Assembly: GCF_016433145.1 (NCBI RefSeq)
Contig: NC_058132.1
Coordinates: 171,867,292 to 171,931,291, forward strand
DNA length: 64,000 nucleotides
Origin: Gracilinanus agilis
Taxonomy: Eukaryota
Direction: 5' to 3'
The notes below the pieces were generated by a model. The model did no database searches, was not told the origin of the DNA, and saw only the letters and a program-made list of their open reading frames with translations. Of the stretch, positions 59,696 to 64,000 are shown in pieces; position 1 is the first letter of the stretch, and each line of letters starts with the position of its first letter. The translations under genes and the position numbers were made by a program.

Positions 59696-60188
59696 CCTAC
59701 TGAATAAAATTTCAGGATCCTTTACCTGGTATGCCTGTCCTCCACACTCTGTTTTCACCTCACTTTTCTAGCTTTATGTTATATTTCTACTTTATATACC
59801 CTCTGGATTTCAAACAAACTGGAGTTTCCTGTCCCAAAAAACAACTTGCACTATTTTGGCACCACTATTATTCTCTCAGACTACTGAAAGAAATAGGTAA
59901 TTTACTTGATAGATTAAACATACAGCAGCAAACTATTTAAGGCTCTAATATGTCAGGTTGTAGTAATGTTTACTAAGCACAATAAAAATAAATGCTGCTA
60001 TGATCAAGTCATAATGTAAAAAATGTACCAGTGACTCAGTCTTCAGGATAAGTTGTTCACTATTTACATGCAGATGATAAAGCATTTAAAGTAGTTTTGT
60101 ACTTAATGAATATGTATAATTTATTGGATTTAAACTATGCATTTTTTTTCTTAATAGCAAATAACCCATATTGTTAATGTCTTAATAG

Positions 60189-60293
60189 GGAAAAAATTCC
60201 TATATTGTGAGCCACATAAGAGAATTAAAGAAGTACTGGAAGAAGAACTTTTTATTCAGAGAGATGAATGCCACATCAAAAAACCGTCTACAG
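60189..60293 (+). CDS. C11orf97: C11orf97 homolog exon 2 (105 nt): (W)KKFLYCEPHKRIKEVLEEELFIQRDECHIKKPST
   Basis: Near-identical to human WKKFLYCEPHKRIKEVLEEERHIKRDECHIKNPA. Acceptor ttaatag|, donor |gtaaag, phases 1/1. Not in the supplied ORF list because it lacks its own start. Remaining exon(s) not found in the window. Confidence 0.93.
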
Positions 60294-61041
60294 GTAAAGT
60301 TTATGCTTAATACTAAGCATGTATTTTGAAAATGAAAACTAAGCTGTCTGTGTGAGTTTTTGCATGTGAGGAAAGGATTTTTGAGGAACTGGATGATATT
60401 CCACAACAATTAAGTTAAATAACCAAACCTTTGTGTTTTAAAATGACCAAATAAGTTTTTATATTTAGAAAAAGTCTGTTAAGTGGTAATACTTTAACCC
60501 ATATATTTCAAAAACACTTTTTAATGATCATTTAAAACAGTTTTTCAGGTAAATGTAAAATTCACCATTTTTTGCTGTCTTTTAATGAGTATGACTATGA
60601 ACATAATAAATTTTAGTAAATTACTTCAATAACCTAGAATGGTCAGTCACATGATATACACACACTCCCATATGTTTATATGGATTTTTTGGTGCTGATT
60701 GATGTCTTGTTGATTTATTGGTTCTTTCTGTTTATTGGCTTCATCCATCAATGTTGTATTATATGCTACTATTATTTGAATACCAGTGCTCAGGATTGTC
60801 TTTGATTTACAATGTTATTTGTTAGCTTTCTTAGGAAAGTGGTTTTTCTTTTTCAAATGTGATATTAAAAAGTTTGTATCTTAAAATCCAAAATTTTAGC
60901 AGAAAAACAACTTTGAAATTTTCATCTAAGTCAATGGGGGAATATTATTTAATCTACAAAATTTGAATTTGCATATATTTTCCAAGAATGTATCTGTCAA
61001 TGAAGTAAAGCATTGCTATGATGATGTTTACTTATTAACCC

Positions 61042-61055
61042 CCACTAGAGGTCGC
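61042..61055 (+). promoter_or_regulatory. CTCF-like motif in C11orf97 intron 2
   Basis: CCACTAGAGGTCGC, one mismatch to CCACYAGRGGGCGC. Confidence 0.45.
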
Positions 61056-61959
61056 ACAAAATATGTTTTCAAAGCAACTGCAGTGTCAGGAAGCCTTATA
61101 AAACAGGTCATGGAATGCATAAATTTTTTCTCCACTGTCTTATAAGGACTGGCATATGGGCAGAAATTGGGGTAAAGGTGCAAGAAGACAAAGAACCAGA
61201 CCCAAAGGAGCCATAAGAAGGCCAGACAAGGGACAGGCCAAGGAACTGAAATGGGCCAAGACAAGAACAGACCACAAAAGCCAGTAATAATCAATCACAT
61301 TGAACCAGGAATGAGAGACAGTTCAAAAGGAGAGCTGGGCTGCTAGAGAGGTGCTTGTATTTTTTCCATTAATTGAATGTTGATCAGTATAAAAGGGAAA
61401 TGTTGATCAGTATAAAAGGGATTTTATGAATTCTTAGGTAGACCAGTTAGTTGTGTGAAAAAGTAGTTTATATCTGCCTTCAGTCCGATCCAAGTTAATC
61501 CCACAAATATTTTTTAAGTTCTTGACATGTACACTTTGTATTTTGGATACAAAGACAAAATGGAAGACAGGACAAAGCAACATTTAAATAGCTAAGTTAT
61601 ATAGAGAACCATGGATTGAGAGCTGGAAGAAAACTTAGAGGTCTTCTAGTCCAACTATCTTCATTTTACACATGAAGAAATGGAAACCCAGTGACTTGTA
61701 AGATCCCACATACAGTGCACAGATAGTAATGAGAATTCAGGCCATGAACATCCATATATAATGCCCCACACTGATGAACAACTAACAGGTTTGCAAAGTG
61801 ATTCCTTTAGAAGGTATTACTTTATCTGAGCCATGAAGGCAGGGAAGGATTCCAAGAAGTAGAGAGGAAGAAGAAATGCATTCCAAGCCTTGAGGAAGGC
61901 AGGGGGAAGGTGTGGAGGAAAGATGTGGCATACTGAGTTTGGGAAACAGCAAATAGGCT

Positions 61960-62650
61960 ATTTGGCTGGGAAAAAGAGAACATGAAGGGGACAATAAAAG
62001 AGGCCTAAAAGATAGGCTTGAATCTAAGAAGATTGTATTTCATCCTAGAGAAAATAAGAAACCTCCAAAAGGCCTTGGGAAGAGAACATCATGGTCAGAT
62101 GAACTTTAGGAAGATTATTTTGGTGATTATGTGGAGGATGAACCAGAGAGGGAAAGTGTAGAAATCAGAAGTCCAGTTAAAAGGCTGTTGTAATAATCCA
62201 TTTAGGAGATAATGAAGACCTGAATTTGAGTGGTAGCCATATAAATAAAGATAAGGGGATGGATGCCAGATAAATTGTGAAAGAATAATTTATCAGAGTT
62301 AACAATTCATTGGATTAAGAGTCAGGGAAAAGGAAGAGTTGAAGATGACTTTGAGATTAAAAACCTGGTGACTGGAAGGATTGTGGTACCCTCGGTAGAT
62401 AAGTCTGAAGGAAGAATGAGTGGAAGAGAAGGCAATGAGTTCCATTTTAGACATGTAAAGTTTGAAATGACTGGGATGGACTTCCAACCAGCAAGTAGTG
62501 ATGTGGAACTGGAGATTGGTATTAGATGTTTGGATTTTCAAGTCATTTTGCATACACATGCTAATTGAACCCCTGGGAGCCAAAGAGAGAGGACACAGAC
62601 AAAGAGGAGAAGGCCTCGAGCAGAGCTTTTGCAGAGATATACCACTAGAA
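61960..62650 (-). mobile_element. L2 LINE remnant
   Basis: gagtcagggaaaaggaagagttgaagatgactttgagattaaaaacctggtgactggaagg...gagttccattttagacatgtaaagtttgaaatg. Confidence 0.75.
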
Positions 62651-62954
62651 GAACAGATATTGGTGATAGTTCAGCAAAGGGGATAGTATAGAACACTTGA
62701 AAAGGGAAGTATGGGAAGAGCAGTTGTGGGGACTAGTGGAGAATTAATTTAGAAGAAGAAAGAGATTGTTGTGTGGCTGTGAAGATCCAATTGATATTAT
62801 TAGATAAAGTAGATTTGTAGTAGATATTGAATATAGTACTAGAGAAGATATAGGTAGTGGAGTTAAAGCAGGATGGTCATTTGATAAGACATGAATGGAA
62901 ATGGGATAAGAGGGCAAAACTATACTATATATTCCATTCAGAATAATAACAAAA

Positions 62955-63154
62955 GGGGGCAGCTGGGTAGCTCAGTGGATTGAAAGCCAGGCCTAGAGAA
63001 GGGAGGTCCTAGGTTCAAATCTGGCCTCAGACACTTCCCAACTGTGTGACCCTGGGCAAGTCACTTAACCCCCATTGCCTAGCCCTTACCACTCTTCTAC
63101 CTTGGAACTAATAAAAAGTATTGATTCCAAGACAGAAGGTAAGGGTTAAAAAAT
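62955..63154 (+). mobile_element. Young SINE1_Mdo
   Basis: Near-consensus body; TSD aataataacaaaa at 62942-62954 and after the (AAT) tail. Confidence 0.92.
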
Positions 63155-63384
63155 AATAATAACAAAAAAAATTAATCATCCTGGCAAAGAAATGCTATCT
63201 TATGATCAGATAAAAAGGATGAATATTTGAACTAGAAATACGTAGGATTCCAAGAATAAAGAAGAATTCAGTAAATTTCAGTATTCCTAATAACTTCCTT
63301 AAGTTTTTTCCTTCCTGAACACTTTGCCCAGATGGTACAAATGATATTAGACTTTCACTTTGGAATTGAAGGACTCTTCACTCC

Positions 63385-63885
63385 TTTAAGATTTAAAAAA
63401 AAAAAATTTTTAATTGTCATGTAAAACACACTTCCATATTGGTCATTGTTGTAAGAGCACACTCATACATAACCAAAACCCCAAAATAAAACCAAAGTTA
63501 CACTGATGTGAAAGATGATCCCAATGGTTCTTTCTCTGGAAGTGAATAGCATTCCCCATCATAAATCTTTCAGAATTGTCCCAGATCAATGCATTGTTGA
63601 GAGTAGCCAAGTTTTCACAGATAATCATTGTCCAATATTGCTGTTACTGTGTGTGATGTTCTCCCAGTTCTACTTATTTTGCTCTGCTTCAGTTCCTGCA
63701 GATCTTTCCAGCTTTTTCTGAAATCATCTTGCTTATCATTTCTTATAGTACAATAGTATTCCATTACCAGCATGTACTAAAATATGTTCATGTACTACAA
63801 TTTGTTCAGCCATTCCCCAATTGAGGGACATCTCTTTGTTTCCAATTTTTTGCCACCACAAAAAGAGCAACTATAAATATTTTTG
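63385..63885 (-). mobile_element. Marsupial L1 3' end
   Basis: catgtaaaacacacttccatattggtcattgttgtaagagcacactc...caatttgttcagccattccccaattgaggg...tttgccaccacaaaaagagc. Confidence 0.85.
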
Positions 63886-64000
63886 TAGAAGGATCCTTCA
63901 CTCCTAAGCTGTTGTCTAAGTTTCTCAATTTCTATATATAACTTTAGAGTTATAGTTCTTCACTTTTCTAAATCTCTTTTTTTTTTTTTTTGTTCTTATT

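Noticed and set aside
60294-64000. Search for C11orf97 exon 3 (VALEGIWSIKRNLP...)
   Set aside because: No matching phase-1 exon found; it most likely lies beyond the window end.

Overview
Repeat-rich marsupial genomic DNA, most likely a didelphid opossum such as Monodelphis domestica (inferred from about 24 SINE1_Mdo/MAR1-type SINEs plus RTE and marsupial L1 remnants). The window holds the conserved mammalian gene order MRE11 - ANKRD49 - C11orf97. On the minus strand are the 5' end of MRE11: non-coding exon 1 and coding exons 2-4, encoding [24 protein letters not shown]...NFGFS. Head-to-head with it across a CpG-island bidirectional promoter (~6.5-7.15 kb) is the complete ANKRD49 coding sequence, two coding exons giving 244 aa with poly(A) signal at 26920. 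C11orf97 exons 1-2 (+) start in a second CpG island (~49.9-50.5 kb) with an E-box, two RFX X-boxes and a GC box. Between ANKRD49 and C11orf97 is a near full-length, disabled processed pseudogene of IMMP2L (30892-32303) with poly(A) signal, decayed tail and a 16-bp target-site duplication. The rest is L1, L2, CR1, RTE, MIR, SINE, solo LTRs, hAT MITEs, microsatellites, a 10-bp-period quasi-palindromic array and one assembly gap. No prokaryotic-type system (CRISPR, operon) is present and I found no clearly new multi-gene system. The best second-look items are the IMMP2L retrocopy, the RFX module of C11orf97, the ANKRD49 uORFs, a MITE-borne CTCF motif and the 10-bp array. Family names and human comparisons come from recall, not database searches; repeat boundaries are approximate unless a TSD is quoted.
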